From an uncultured Planctomycetota bacterium (GTDB lineage: Bacteria; Planctomycetota; JACOTG01; JAUIME01): a DNA stretch of 64,000 bases. The stretch is taken from positions 809 to 64,808 of the forward strand of contig CAZQZX010000007.1 in the NCBI GenBank assembly GCA_964597885.1, in the 5' to 3' direction. Positions 47,092 through 57,213 of the stretch are shown one piece after another; positions within the stretch are counted from its first letter, which is position 1, and the number at the start of each line of letters is the position of its first letter. Below the pieces are notes generated by a model. The model saw nothing but the letters and a program-made list of their open reading frames with translations. It was not told the DNA's origin and did not search any database. Made by a program: the position numbers and the translations under genes.

Positions 47092-49722
47092 TCAGCGGGC
47101 CTCGGGGAGCGCGAGCCGAATCGGCCGACCCGGCTCGGTGTCGAGTACGAACCGGTGGACGGCGCGGAACCCGTCGCGCACCAGGATCTCGATGCGACCG
47201 GGGCGAATCCTCGGGAGCTCCGCGCGTCCGTCGCGGATCGCGACCCAGGGCGGCGGCGCGATCGGGTCGTCGGCGTAGGCCGCGGTCGTGGGCCCGGTCT
47301 CGATCTTGTGCCAGGATTCGTAAAGGCGGTCGCGTACGCGGACGGCTCCCTCACGCAGGAGGGCGCCCGACGCGTCGACGACTTCCACGACGAGGCTCGC
47401 GACGGGGATGTCCGCGAAGTCCTCGATCGCGGTGACGTCGTTCGCGCGGAGGCGGACCGGTCGTCCGCCGTACCCGTAGAACGCGCGCAGGCCGGGGCCG
47501 GGTGGGGTGTCGGAGCGCGGGAGCTGCCCCTTCATCGTCGTCGTGAGGTGATGGTCGACGAAGACGTCGCCCGCGGGAAGGCCGGCGACCTCGAAGGATC
47601 CGTCGCGCGCTCGCTTCGGGACGTAGACGATCGCGGTCCAGGCGTCGGGCTCCTTCGGGCGGAGGGCCAGCCGCGGCCCCGCGACGCCGTGATGCGCGAA
47701 TCGCGCGGGCTGGTACGTTGCGAACGCTCCCGCGAATCTCGCATCGAGCGATGGGAAGCTCAGCTCCTGGTGCGTCCCGCGCTTGGCGAGGATCGTCCTC
47801 TCGAAGGTCGCGTCGAGCTTCGGGGAGCCGAAGGTCAGGGTCATGGGGCCCTCGGCGAGCAGCGTCACCCGGATCGATCCATCTTCGGCGATCTCGGTGA
47901 GGTGAAGATCGGGAAAGTCGTCGGTCCCTCCGAAGCCGCGTACCGAAGGGACGACCGGACGCCCGTACAGAAGCTTGGCGGGAGAAACCTGCACCCATGG
48001 ATCGTGGGGCTTCGCGTCGGCGATGACGGGCGGCGGCACGATCCGGAGCGTGGGCCGCTCGTCGCTGGCGAGAGGTACCGCGCTTCGAGGCTCCCCGCGT
48101 TCGAGAGCGACGCTCACTGCGCCCCCGCCTCGGGCCGCGAAGCGCTCCGGTCGGAAGCCCGGGGCGTACACGAAGCCCTCGACCTGCGCATCTGGCTCGA
48201 CGCCGATCTCGAAGTTGCCGTTCGCGTCCGTTCGATACGAGCCGAGCGGAATGCGAAGCGACTGCGGCTCGCGCTCGTCGAGATACAGACCGCCCGGCGT
48301 GGCATCGGGATCCGGAAGCCGCACCTCGTCGAGGTCGATCCACGCACCGGCCACGGGACTGCCGTCGGGATCGCGGACGTGCGCCGAGAGCTTCGACCCG
48401 ATCGTGATCGGAATCTTCGCGGAGAAGACCTCGTCGACGTCGACCTCGACGCCTCGGTACGCGCGCGCGAGCTCGATCGTGGTGGTTCGCGGGAGTTGTC
48501 CCTGTGCTCGTGCTCGGATGTGTGCGAGGGCTCCGAGCGGCACCGAGGCATCGGCGGGAAGGGGGATCCAGCGATCGTGGTTCCACCAATCGTAGTGCGG
48601 CGCGTCGACGCCTTCGGAGCGCAGCTCGAGCGGGCGACTGTTCGCGTAGGGGATCTCCACGGGATCCGCGAAGTTCGCGTAGCGTCGGTTCCCCGGCGAG
48701 CCGTGCGAGGAAGGCTCGCGTCCGGTCGGGGAATGAAAGACGTGCTCGACGACGCCGAGGTGGTGCACCTCGATCCAGCGTCGCGAGAGATCGGCCGCCC
48801 GGAATCCGAAGGCTCCCTCGGCGTCGGTGATCACGACCGAGGTGAGCTCTTCCGCAGGCGATCCTCCCATGAGCCGGACGCGGGCGCCGGGCATCGGCTC
48901 GCCGCGGCCGTCGACGACCCGTCCGGTGATTCGAACGGCATCGGGCTCGGGCTCTCGCTCGCGGACTTCGGTCGTCAGGTCGAAGCGGCCGATCGTGAGG
49001 TCGTCTCCCGCCGTGTGGCTCTCGACGAGTGGGCGAATCACGACGTAACGATCGCGCGTTCCCGGCTCGAGCCGTAGCGTGCCCCGGTAAGAGACACGGC
49101 CGACGCCGCGGAGAGTCGTGAGAACCGAGATCTCGTGCTCCTCGCCGACCAGGGCGTCGAAGCGGAATTCTTCATCGCTCTTCAGGGTCTGCGAGGGAGG
49201 GTTGGACGAGGCGTCGACGCCCGGATCCTTCGCATCGACGGCGATCGTCATGCGGCGCGAAGCGGGACGGTGCGCGGCGTCCCACGAGACGCGCCCGCGG
49301 AGCGTCGTGCGCGATCCGACCGCGACGTCGCCGAGGTCGGTGGTGCGGGCATCGATCGTGTGGACGTCGAGGCTGCGCTCCCGGAGGTGCTCGGGAGGCG
49401 CGATGTGCAGGCGGAGCTGTCCGAAGGCCGAGATGTCCGCGAACGAGAAGCGCCCGTCGGCTGCGGTCGTCGCGCGCTCGATGGGGGAGACGACGCGATG
49501 CCGCTTCGACGACAGCGTGACGTCGGCCCGGCCGATCGGTCGACCGCTCTCGTCGACCACGCGCCCGGCGATCGTGACATGATGAGCGCCTCCACGACTT
49601 GCCGCATCGAAGGCGATTCGCTCGACGGGGCGGATCGTCGGCTTCCCGTCTTCCGGGGCCGGGTCGGGAACGGCGAGCGCCGCGAGGATCACGAGAATCG
49701 GCAGGCGTATCATGCCGGACAT
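47092..49722 (-). CDS. Secreted carboxypeptidase-regulatory-like (Ig) repeat protein
   Basis: Signal peptide; repeated GRVVDxxGxP and TxADGxF motifs. Confidence 0.75.
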   Translation of the reverse strand: MSGMIRLPILVILAALAVPDPAPEDGKPTIRPVERIAFDAASRGGAHHVTIAGRVVDESGRPIGRADVTLSSKRHRVVSPIERATTAADGRFSFADISAFGQLRLHIAPPEHLRERSLDVHTIDARTTDLGDVAVGSRTTLRGRVSWDAAHRPASRRMTIAVDAKDPGVDASSNPPSQTLKSDEEFRFDALVGEEHEISVLTTLRGVGRVSYRGTLRLEPGTRDRYVVIRPLVESHTAGDDLTIGRFDLTTEVREREPEPDAVRITGRVVDGRGEPMPGARVRLMGGSPAEELTSVVITDAEGAFGFRAADLSRRWIEVHHLGVVEHVFHSPTGREPSSHGSPGNRRYANFADPVEIPYANSRPLELRSEGVDAPHYDWWNHDRWIPLPADASVPLGALAHIRARAQGQLPRTTTIELARAYRGVEVDVDEVFSAKIPITIGSKLSAHVRDPDGSPVAGAWIDLDEVRLPDPDATPGGLYLDEREPQSLRIPLGSYRTDANGNFEIGVEPDAQVEGFVYAPGFRPERFAARGGGAVSVALERGEPRSAVPLASDERPTLRIVPPPVIADAKPHDPWVQVSPAKLLYGRPVVPSVRGFGGTDDFPDLHLTEIAEDGSIRVTLLAEGPMTLTFGSPKLDATFERTILAKRGTHQELSFPSLDARFAGAFATYQPARFAHHGVAGPRLALRPKEPDAWTAIVYVPKRARDGSFEVAGLPAGDVFVDHHLTTTMKGQLPRSDTPPGPGLRAFYGYGGRPVRLRANDVTAIEDFADIPVASLVVEVVDASGALLREGAVRVRDRLYESWHKIETGPTTAAYADDPIAPPPWVAIRDGRAELPRIRPGRIEILVRDGFRAVHRFVLDTEPGRPIRLALPEAR

Positions 49723-49916
49723 GGAGAGCTCCTGGGGCCAGGGTTCCCGATCATGCTAGCGACGTCAGGATCGCAACGCAACGCGTGTTGCGGCGAATCG
49801 CTCATCAGAATCACATGGACCGCTCCCCCTGGGACGAAGTAGCCTGTTCGATGGTTGCCCGTTTTTCTTTTCCGCGATTCGCCTTTCCCCTCGCCGACCC
49901 AGGAAGAATGTGTCGC

Positions 49917-51608
49917 ATGAATTCCTCGGCTCTCCTCCGCTTCCGCATCCCGGCCTGCTGTCTGGTCGTGTGGGCGCTCGTCGCCTCGATCTTCGCGCCG
50001 GCTCCCGCGAGGGCACAGTCGTCCGAGGCCGCTCGTCGCCCTTCACTCGTGGTGCTGATCACCGTCGACCAGCTGCGCGGAGATCTGCTGACGCGCTACC
50101 GCTCGCGCTTCGGCCCGGGCGGCTTCCAGCGGCTCCTCGATTCGGGGGTCCACTTCACGAACGCGCACTACCGGCACTCGTCGACGTTCACGGCGGTCGG
50201 CCACGCGACGATTGCGACGGGCGGGCAGTGCGAGCAGCACGGCTATCCCGGGAACTCGTGGATCGATCGCAAGACCGGCAAGCCCGTGTATTGCTGCGCG
50301 GACGATCGACACCAGCTCGTCGGTGCTCCGGCGGGCGCTCTCGCCGCGAGCTCGCCTCGCTTCCTGACCTGCACGACGTTCGGCGATGAGCTCGTCGTCG
50401 CGACGGCCGAGCGGTCGCGTGTTTTCAGCGTCGCGATCAAGGACCGAGGCGCGGTCATCCCGGCCGGTCGGTTGGGTACGGCTTTCTGGTACCACTGGGG
50501 CCTCGGGCAGTTCGTGTCGAGCTCGTACTACCTCGAGGACGGGAAGCTGCCGGCGTGGGCTCGAGCCTGGAACGACGCCAAGCCCGCGGACGCGTATCGC
50601 GGGAAGACATGGGATCTGCTGTATCCGCGAAACACGTACGTCTACCGCGATCGGGACAACCAGCCGTTCGAGATGGACTCGTCCGGGCTGGGGCGCGTGT
50701 TCCCGCATCCGCTCGATCACGAAGACGACGCCACGTACTACGGCCTCCTGCGCGTCACGCCCATGGGCGACGAGCTGACGCTCTCGTTCGTGAAGGCTCT
50801 GCTCGCCGCGGAGCCGATCGGGACTCGCGAGACGCCCGACATCCTGGCTGTCAGCTTCTCGGCCACGGACTACATCGGCCACACCTTCGGGCCCGAGAGC
50901 CTCGAGTACGAAGACAACCTCATGCGTCTCGATCGTACGATCGCGGGGCTCCTCTCCGAGATCGACAAGCGCGTCGGGCTGGACCGCTGCGTCGTGGCGC
51001 TCACGTCCGATCACGGGATCGCCTCGGTTCCGGAGCTGCGACAGAGCTACGGCTTCGACGCACCGCGCATCAGCGGGAACGACCTGATCCCGCGGGTGGA
51101 AGCGGCCCTCGAGGCGAAGTTCGGGAACAAGCGGCCGCTCGTGATCGGCTTCCGCAACGTCGGCATCTACCTCGACCACGCCGCGATCCGCGCCGAGGGT
51201 CTCGACGCACGCGAGGTCGAGAAGGCGGCGGTGATCGAGCTCCGCCGCGTGCCCGGCATCGCTCACGTCCTCTCGCGACTGGAGATCCTCGAAGGCAAGC
51301 GTCCGTTGCTCCCCGACGCGGAGCGCGTTCGCCAGTCGTTCCACCGCGATCGCAGCGGGGACATCCTCATCGCCCAGCAGCCTCACGCTTTCCTGTACTA
51401 CCGGACCGACCGCCATGCGGCGATGCACGGATCCCCCTACAGCTACGACACGCATGTTCCGGTGATCTTCATGGGGCCGGGACTGCGGCCGCGGACCGTT
51501 CATCGGCGCGTGGAGCCGAACGACATCGCGCCGACGATCACGTCGTGGCTCGGCGTGCCGGAACCGTCGGGGTGCGTGGGCGTGCCGCTTCCGGAGGCGC
51601 TGCCGTAG
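49917..51608 (+). CDS. PafA-like alkaline phosphatase / nucleotide pyrophosphatase family protein
   Basis: VDQLRGD, FTAVGHATIATG (Thr nucleophile), KDRG, ATDYIGH, SDHG, HGSPYSYDTHVP; signal peptide. Confidence 0.9.
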   Translation: MNSSALLRFRIPACCLVVWALVASIFAPAPARAQSSEAARRPSLVVLITVDQLRGDLLTRYRSRFGPGGFQRLLDSGVHFTNAHYRHSSTFTAVGHATIATGGQCEQHGYPGNSWIDRKTGKPVYCCADDRHQLVGAPAGALAASSPRFLTCTTFGDELVVATAERSRVFSVAIKDRGAVIPAGRLGTAFWYHWGLGQFVSSSYYLEDGKLPAWARAWNDAKPADAYRGKTWDLLYPRNTYVYRDRDNQPFEMDSSGLGRVFPHPLDHEDDATYYGLLRVTPMGDELTLSFVKALLAAEPIGTRETPDILAVSFSATDYIGHTFGPESLEYEDNLMRLDRTIAGLLSEIDKRVGLDRCVVALTSDHGIASVPELRQSYGFDAPRISGNDLIPRVEAALEAKFGNKRPLVIGFRNVGIYLDHAAIRAEGLDAREVEKAAVIELRRVPGIAHVLSRLEILEGKRPLLPDAERVRQSFHRDRSGDILIAQQPHAFLYYRTDRHAAMHGSPYSYDTHVPVIFMGPGLRPRTVHRRVEPNDIAPTITSWLGVPEPSGCVGVPLPEALP

Positions 51609-51627
51609 CGGAGAACCGTCGCTTCGA

Positions 51628-52194
51628 TCAGGGGCGACGGAGCTTGGCGAAGAGGTCGCGCAGCGGAACCCGGGTGAGCTCGTCCGAAGGCCCTGCACCC
51701 TGAAGCATCGCCTGTACGCGCGCGAGCTGTTCCTCGACAGGGCCGATCGGCCAGCAGTCGTTCACGGTGAGCTCTTCGAGCTTGGGTTCGCCGGGCTCGT
51801 TCAGGGGGCAGATGTCGCGTCGCTCGACGGTCTCGCCCGAGTCGAGCTCTTCCAGCCATCGCAGTGGCAGCCCCTGCGTACGACAGACGTAGGGGCGATC
51901 CTCGTAGATGCGGCATGCACCGTCGCCGTCGAGGAACGCGCACGCACTGGCCAGGCCGGCCACACCGCTCGCGAGCAGCTCGGGATGGGCCCGGCGGATC
52001 CGTTCCGCTTCGACGTCGAAGACGGTGATGCCGTCGACGCAGCAGTGCGAGCACCCGCGCATGCACTTCAGCCGATCGCCGTGCTGCGCAGCGACTTCAC
52101 TCGCCAGTCGATCGACCTCGGAGTGCAGCTGCTGCAGGAACTCGAGCGCCGCGTCCATCTCGAGTCGAGCCGGTCCCGTTGCGTCTTTGCTCAT
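51628..52194 (-). CDS. YkgJ family CxxxCxxCC Zn/Fe-chelating protein
   Basis: CMRGCSHCC, CAFL, CRIYEDRPYVCR, CPLN. Confidence 0.88.
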   Translation of the reverse strand: MSKDATGPARLEMDAALEFLQQLHSEVDRLASEVAAQHGDRLKCMRGCSHCCVDGITVFDVEAERIRRAHPELLASGVAGLASACAFLDGDGACRIYEDRPYVCRTQGLPLRWLEELDSGETVERRDICPLNEPGEPKLEELTVNDCWPIGPVEEQLARVQAMLQGAGPSDELTRVPLRDLFAKLRRP

Positions 52195-52289
52195 CCAGGC
52201 GTCGTACAACTTCCGGCGTCGTCGTCCAAATCGCTTCGGCGGGATCGGGCCGCGCCGCGGGCAGCTGTTGTGTCCGAGGTCGGCCGCGA

Positions 52290-54968
52290 TCAGCGGTCGA
52301 CGGCCTCGTCGGTCTCGCCCTTGTAGGTGACGCCGGTGATCGTTCCGGGCGGGAGCGCGGGTGTGCTGCGCCCGATCAGATACAGGTGGTCGTCCGATTC
52401 CTCGATGCGATCGAACGAGGGAAGCAGCTCGGAGACGAAGGTCGTCCAGTCGCGCGTCACTTCGCTCTCGCGATAGGAAAACGTCGCGTCGGCGAAGGGG
52501 AGCATCAGGTCGTCCTCGGCGAGCGCGATCCACTGCCGCCCCTCGGAGTCGAAGTGGACGCCGGGGATATCGGAGGCGCTCCGGAAGACGACGTACTCGA
52601 GTCGAAGCGTGCCGGGGGCATTCGCGCGGATGGAGCCGACGACGGATGGGGTCCCCTGGACGGGCGCGCTCAGCGGGTGATCGAGCGCGAGCGTATCGTT
52701 CACGAAGCACTTCGCGCGCGCGCCGTCGAAGCTGAGACGGAGTCGAGTGCTCGTCGAGTCGGCTGAGGCGGCCACGAGCGTGCCGGTGACCACACTGCCC
52801 GCGCCTTCCGAGAAGCCTCCGGTCAGGAGCCGCGGAAGCAGATTCCCGGATCCATCGTGCTCGACGGTCAGCTCGAGAACGGGGCCGGGCACGCCCAGCG
52901 TCGCCGACTGCATGGCCGTCGGCGTCATTCGCAACCCGACGGCTGCGCCGGCCGGAAGCCCCGCCCCCACGCGTGTCTGAAGGCGAGCCTCGCCGACCGC
53001 GAGAACGGGGATCTCGAAAGCCGATGCGGTCGTGACTTCGAGCCCTTCCGTCACGACGGATCCGCTGCCCGACTTCGGAACGAGTCCCCCGAGAGTCCCG
53101 TCGGCGAACGTCGCCGTGAACGCGTTGGCATCGGATTCCGGTTCGCCCTTGTAGAGCGTCAGCCAGTCGTCGCCGACACCGACGTTGTTGAGGAAGCGGA
53201 TGTCCATCCGATGCCCTTCGACGTCGAGCACGACGGAACCGAGCCGGCGGATCGAGCGAAACATCACCGGGTGATTCAGCGGGCCTGCGCTCGTCTTGCC
53301 GGAGGATCCCGCGACGATGTACACGGTGCCTTCGTTCCCCGCGAGTCCCTGGGAAGCCTTGACGTAGGCCCCGTCGCTGTTCTCCCGTCCGTCGCCGCCG
53401 TCGAGGATCATCTCGGGCGTGAGCGTGTTCGACGTCAGGTAGTGACCGTTCAGGAGGAACGACCGCTCGTACGAGTGGCTGTGCCCGCTGAGCACGAGAT
53501 CGACGCCCGCGGCCTCGAGGATCGGCAGGGCGTTCAGTCGCATCTGTCGCATGCGTCCGCCGCTGTCACCGGCGTTGTCGGAATCGTGCGAGCCCTTGGT
53601 GTACGGCGGATGGTGCCAGAAGGCGATGATCCAGTCTTGGGTCGTGCTCGCGAGGTCGTTCTGCAGCCATTGCAGCATGGCGCCGCTCGGCAGGCGGTTG
53701 CTGTCCTCCGAGTCGAGACAGACGAAGTGGATGTTGGCGAAGTCGAACGAGTAGTACGCCTCGGTGCCCGAAGCCATCCCCCCGGCCTCGGCCGCTCGCG
53801 GCAGGCGGAAGATGTCGTAGTAGGGGCCGGACTCGGTTGTCGAGTCGGCGGTGTAGGCGTCGTGGTTGCCGAGCGTGGGCCACAGCGCGAAGCGACGCAG
53901 CAGGCTCGGGTACATGTCGAAGACCGCAGCCTGATACTCTTCGTCGGTTCCGTCGTCGTAGGCGTTGTCCCCGAGCATGAGCCAGAGGTTCGTGGCGTCC
54001 GCGTCCGGATACGCGAGGTACGCATCCCGGACCGCCTCGGCGTTGGCGTCGGCGGTACCCGAATCTCCGATGACCCAGATGCGAGCCTTCGAGCGCGTCC
54101 CGACGGGCGGGGCCGTCCGGAACACGTGGTCGGTATCGTCGCCCGCGATCGCCTCTCCTGCGGTGGTGCCGACCTGGTAGTAGTAGACGGTGTCGGCGGC
54201 GAGCCCCGTCAGCTCGACGGCGTGCTCCGTTCCGACGGTGACGTCGTCGGCCGTCATCGTGAGGTTGCCGGGCGCGAGGCCGTAGCGCACACGGGCGTCG
54301 ACCGAGACCTGCGTGCGCCAGCAGATCGTGATCTGCGACGTTCCGGCGGTCTGCAGATACGGGCCGCGGCGAAGCTCCGTCGGATCCGAGCTCGTGTACG
54401 CGATCAACGAAGCGTCGAGGCTGATGTCGGAGCTCGTCGACGAGGCCTGATGGATCTCGACCGCGATGACGTTCGTTCCGGTGACGAGGAGATTGTCGAC
54501 GGGGTACCGATTGAATCGATCCTCGGCGTCGCCGCCGATCGCATCGTTGGCGCGGGTCAGATAGTTGATCGTTCCGGCGGGAAGATTGGTACGAACGACC
54601 TCGGTGCCGTTCAGATAGACGCGAGCGCCGTCGTCCCTCAAGAGAAGGAGCTCGAGGCCGCGGTAGAGCGAAGCGTCGGCGACCGTGAACGAGTGTCGGA
54701 AGTAGGTCGTGATGTACTTGTTCCCCGAGTTCGGCCCGAAGCTGACGACCGTATTCTCGTCACCGTCGCCGTAGCCGAGCTGGGCCGGACCGGAGGCCCA
54801 CGCCGAGTCGTCGAAGGCGAGGCCGGCCCAGGCGGTTCCCTGGTTCGATCCGTCATCCAGGTACTTCCATGTCGCGCCCGCCGCGATCAACGTATCGGCA
54901 CCATCGGCCGTGGGAGCGGCGACTGCGAGTGCGGCGACCAGAATGACAAGGAGGATGTGGATCTTCAT
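52290..54968 (-). CDS. Secreted purple acid phosphatase-type metallophosphoesterase with accessory beta domains
   Basis: Signal peptide; WKYLDDG N-domain; RGPYLQ FN3-like domain; GDSG, GDNAY, GNHD, HHPPY, GHSHSYER. Confidence 0.92.
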   Translation of the reverse strand: MKIHILLVILVAALAVAAPTADGADTLIAAGATWKYLDDGSNQGTAWAGLAFDDSAWASGPAQLGYGDGDENTVVSFGPNSGNKYITTYFRHSFTVADASLYRGLELLLLRDDGARVYLNGTEVVRTNLPAGTINYLTRANDAIGGDAEDRFNRYPVDNLLVTGTNVIAVEIHQASSTSSDISLDASLIAYTSSDPTELRRGPYLQTAGTSQITICWRTQVSVDARVRYGLAPGNLTMTADDVTVGTEHAVELTGLAADTVYYYQVGTTAGEAIAGDDTDHVFRTAPPVGTRSKARIWVIGDSGTADANAEAVRDAYLAYPDADATNLWLMLGDNAYDDGTDEEYQAAVFDMYPSLLRRFALWPTLGNHDAYTADSTTESGPYYDIFRLPRAAEAGGMASGTEAYYSFDFANIHFVCLDSEDSNRLPSGAMLQWLQNDLASTTQDWIIAFWHHPPYTKGSHDSDNAGDSGGRMRQMRLNALPILEAAGVDLVLSGHSHSYERSFLLNGHYLTSNTLTPEMILDGGDGRENSDGAYVKASQGLAGNEGTVYIVAGSSGKTSAGPLNHPVMFRSIRRLGSVVLDVEGHRMDIRFLNNVGVGDDWLTLYKGEPESDANAFTATFADGTLGGLVPKSGSGSVVTEGLEVTTASAFEIPVLAVGEARLQTRVGAGLPAGAAVGLRMTPTAMQSATLGVPGPVLELTVEHDGSGNLLPRLLTGGFSEGAGSVVTGTLVAASADSTSTRLRLSFDGARAKCFVNDTLALDHPLSAPVQGTPSVVGSIRANAPGTLRLEYVVFRSASDIPGVHFDSEGRQWIALAEDDLMLPFADATFSYRESEVTRDWTTFVSELLPSFDRIEESDDHLYLIGRSTPALPPGTITGVTYKGETDEAVDR

Positions 54969-55819
54969 GGTGAGGACTCCAGGGCTTCGAGGGCCGTTCG
55001 GATCTCTCGTTCGGTGTCGGTGATGAGGGCCGTGGATCGGCGCGATGCCGGAAGCGCGTGGATCAGCGAGAGGGCTTCACCGTACGCCGATCGTGCCTCG
55101 TCGGCACGATCGGCCTCGACGAGGACGTCTCCGCGGACGTGCTTCCATTTCGGAACGCGGGGGTACCGCGTCTCGATCGAAGCCAGTCGAGCGAGTGCGG
55201 CATCGTGCCTGCCGGTGGCGCGTTCGATCTCGAGGGCGCGCTCCTCCAGGACGATGAGAAAGCCGAGGCGTGGCCTCGCTTCTTCGAGGCCGCGCAGGGC
55301 GCGATCGACGAGGGCATCGGACGAGGGCTCGTGACGCGTGAGCGCATCGGCCCGATCGAGATAGTACTGGGGCAGCGGCCGCTTCGCCCGTTGGAGCACG
55401 CGATCGAGCTCGTCGGCGGCATCGAGCGAACGGTGCAAAGCGGCGAGTGCCCGGGCTCGTGCGACCCGGGCGCGTACGTCACCGGATTGGCGAGCGATCG
55501 CGCGATCGAGGAACGGGAGGGCTTCGCTCGGACGTCCGGCGTCGAGCAACGCGCGGCCCCGCTCGCGGTCGAGCCCCTCGACGTCTGCGTCGAGCTCGGC
55601 GGCGCGATCGAAGTCGAGGATCGCCGCCTCGAAGTCCGCGTGGATCCGGTGGAGCGAGCCGCGCATGAGCCACAGGCTGGCATCCTTCGGTTCGCGTTCG
55701 ATGTGACGCGTCGCCCGTGCGATCTGCTCGTGCATCGGTCCGTGAGCCTCGACCGGAGCCGAGATCCAGACCGCGAGCACGAGGGGGGCGAATCCGATCC
55801 ATCTCCAATGCCTGGCCAT
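54965..55819 (-). CDS. Secreted TPR protein with predicted mature N-terminal His
   Basis: Signal peptide ending VEA, then HGPMHEQI; multiple TPR helices; ATGA overlap with the phosphatase gene. Confidence 0.82.
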   Translation of the reverse strand: MARHWRWIGFAPLVLAVWISAPVEAHGPMHEQIARATRHIEREPKDASLWLMRGSLHRIHADFEAAILDFDRAAELDADVEGLDRERGRALLDAGRPSEALPFLDRAIARQSGDVRARVARARALAALHRSLDAADELDRVLQRAKRPLPQYYLDRADALTRHEPSSDALVDRALRGLEEARPRLGFLIVLEERALEIERATGRHDAALARLASIETRYPRVPKWKHVRGDVLVEADRADEARSAYGEALSLIHALPASRRSTALITDTEREIRTALEALESSP

Positions 55820-55872
55820 GGGCCGATCATACCCGATGCCGGCGTGGCAGGCTACGCTCGATGAGGCCCGGC

Positions 55873-57123
55873 TCAGTCCTCCCGGGTGGTGACGCGCGCG
55901 ACGGCGCCGCCTGAACCGAAGGCCAGGAAGAGGTTGGTCATTCCGAGCGTGGGTACGGAGCTCCAGCCCGCGAGGAGGTGACCGGCAACCACGAGGATCC
56001 AGATGGCCGACGCCGCGATGAGGATCGGCTGCACGGGGCCTTCATCCACGTCGCTGCGCGCGAAGATCGCGGCCGCGGGAGGGATCACCGCGAAGGAGCC
56101 GAGCATCGCGATGAACGTCGGATTGCGCGGGCCGGCGAGCACGCCGAAGACGACCATGAGCAGGCCCCAGAGCAGCCCCGGCAGCAGCGCGATCGCGGCG
56201 GTGCGCTCGCTCCACTCCAGGCTGAACCAGCGCACCGGGTCGCGTCGGAGCCTCGAGTTGAGGGCAGGCCGGGCGAACATGAAGAGCACGAGCGGCGGAC
56301 CGCAGAGGAAGAGAAGCGGGAGCGAGAGCCAGCGCGTACCCGGGAGCTCGTACGGGATGAGCACGAGCAGACCGAGCGCGATCGCGAGCATCAGCCGCGT
56401 TTCGATCGGATCCTCACCGAGCCAGGCGTCGGCGCGAAGGAGCCAGGGCAGCGCGATCTTGTAGAGCCGCGACCGCGCGCGTTCCGTCTCGACGAAACCA
56501 CGACGTGCTCCGGGGTCGCCGGGACGCAGATGAAGGGCGGCCTGGAAGAACTCGCGCGCTTCGTCGTGACGGCCCGTTCGCAGGTAGAGCCAGCCGAGCT
56601 GGTCGTGCGTCGCGGCGTGCGCTGGGTCGAGCTCGAGGGCGGCGCGAAGTCGCGTTTCGGCCTTGTCGTGCTGCCCGAGCGTCGCGTGCGCCGCCGCGGC
56701 CTCGAGCAGACAGGGAACGTGCGCGGCGTCGATCTCCAGGCCGCGCTGGGCCGCGGAGAGCGCTTCGAGCGGACGGTGCAGCGCGTTCTCGATCCCGGCG
56801 ATGCTCTCGTGCGTGTCGGGATCCTCGGGGTCGATGCGCACGGCTTCCCGGAGGACGCGCCGCGCTTGGTCGAGGTGGCCGGTCGTGCCTTCGATGTTCG
56901 CGAGCACGTGGTACGCGAAGGGTTCGTCCGGCGCGAGGTGGATCGCGTAGTAGGCCGTCTCGCGCGCTTCGTCCGCCGCGCCCCTCTCGAGGCGGCAGGA
57001 AGCGAGGAGCGCGAGCGCGAAGGCGTCGTTCGGATCGGATGCCAGCGCGGCGCGGAGCTCGTCCTCGGCCGCCTCGAAGCGGTTCTGTCGGAGGAGCATG
57101 CTGGCGCGCGCGACGTGGTCCAT
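55873..57123 (-). CDS. TPR-repeat membrane protein
   Basis: N-terminal TPR array followed by about 6 TM helices. Confidence 0.85.
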   Translation of the reverse strand: MDHVARASMLLRQNRFEAAEDELRAALASDPNDAFALALLASCRLERGAADEARETAYYAIHLAPDEPFAYHVLANIEGTTGHLDQARRVLREAVRIDPEDPDTHESIAGIENALHRPLEALSAAQRGLEIDAAHVPCLLEAAAAHATLGQHDKAETRLRAALELDPAHAATHDQLGWLYLRTGRHDEAREFFQAALHLRPGDPGARRGFVETERARSRLYKIALPWLLRADAWLGEDPIETRLMLAIALGLLVLIPYELPGTRWLSLPLLFLCGPPLVLFMFARPALNSRLRRDPVRWFSLEWSERTAAIALLPGLLWGLLMVVFGVLAGPRNPTFIAMLGSFAVIPPAAAIFARSDVDEGPVQPILIAASAIWILVVAGHLLAGWSSVPTLGMTNLFLAFGSGGAVARVTTRED

Positions 57124-57213
57124 GATCAGCGTCCAAGGGGATCCCGGCGATCCCCTAGAATCTCGCTTTCGGCGGGGGAGTCAAGGGATTCGTCCGCGGG
57201 GCGGGACGGGGGC

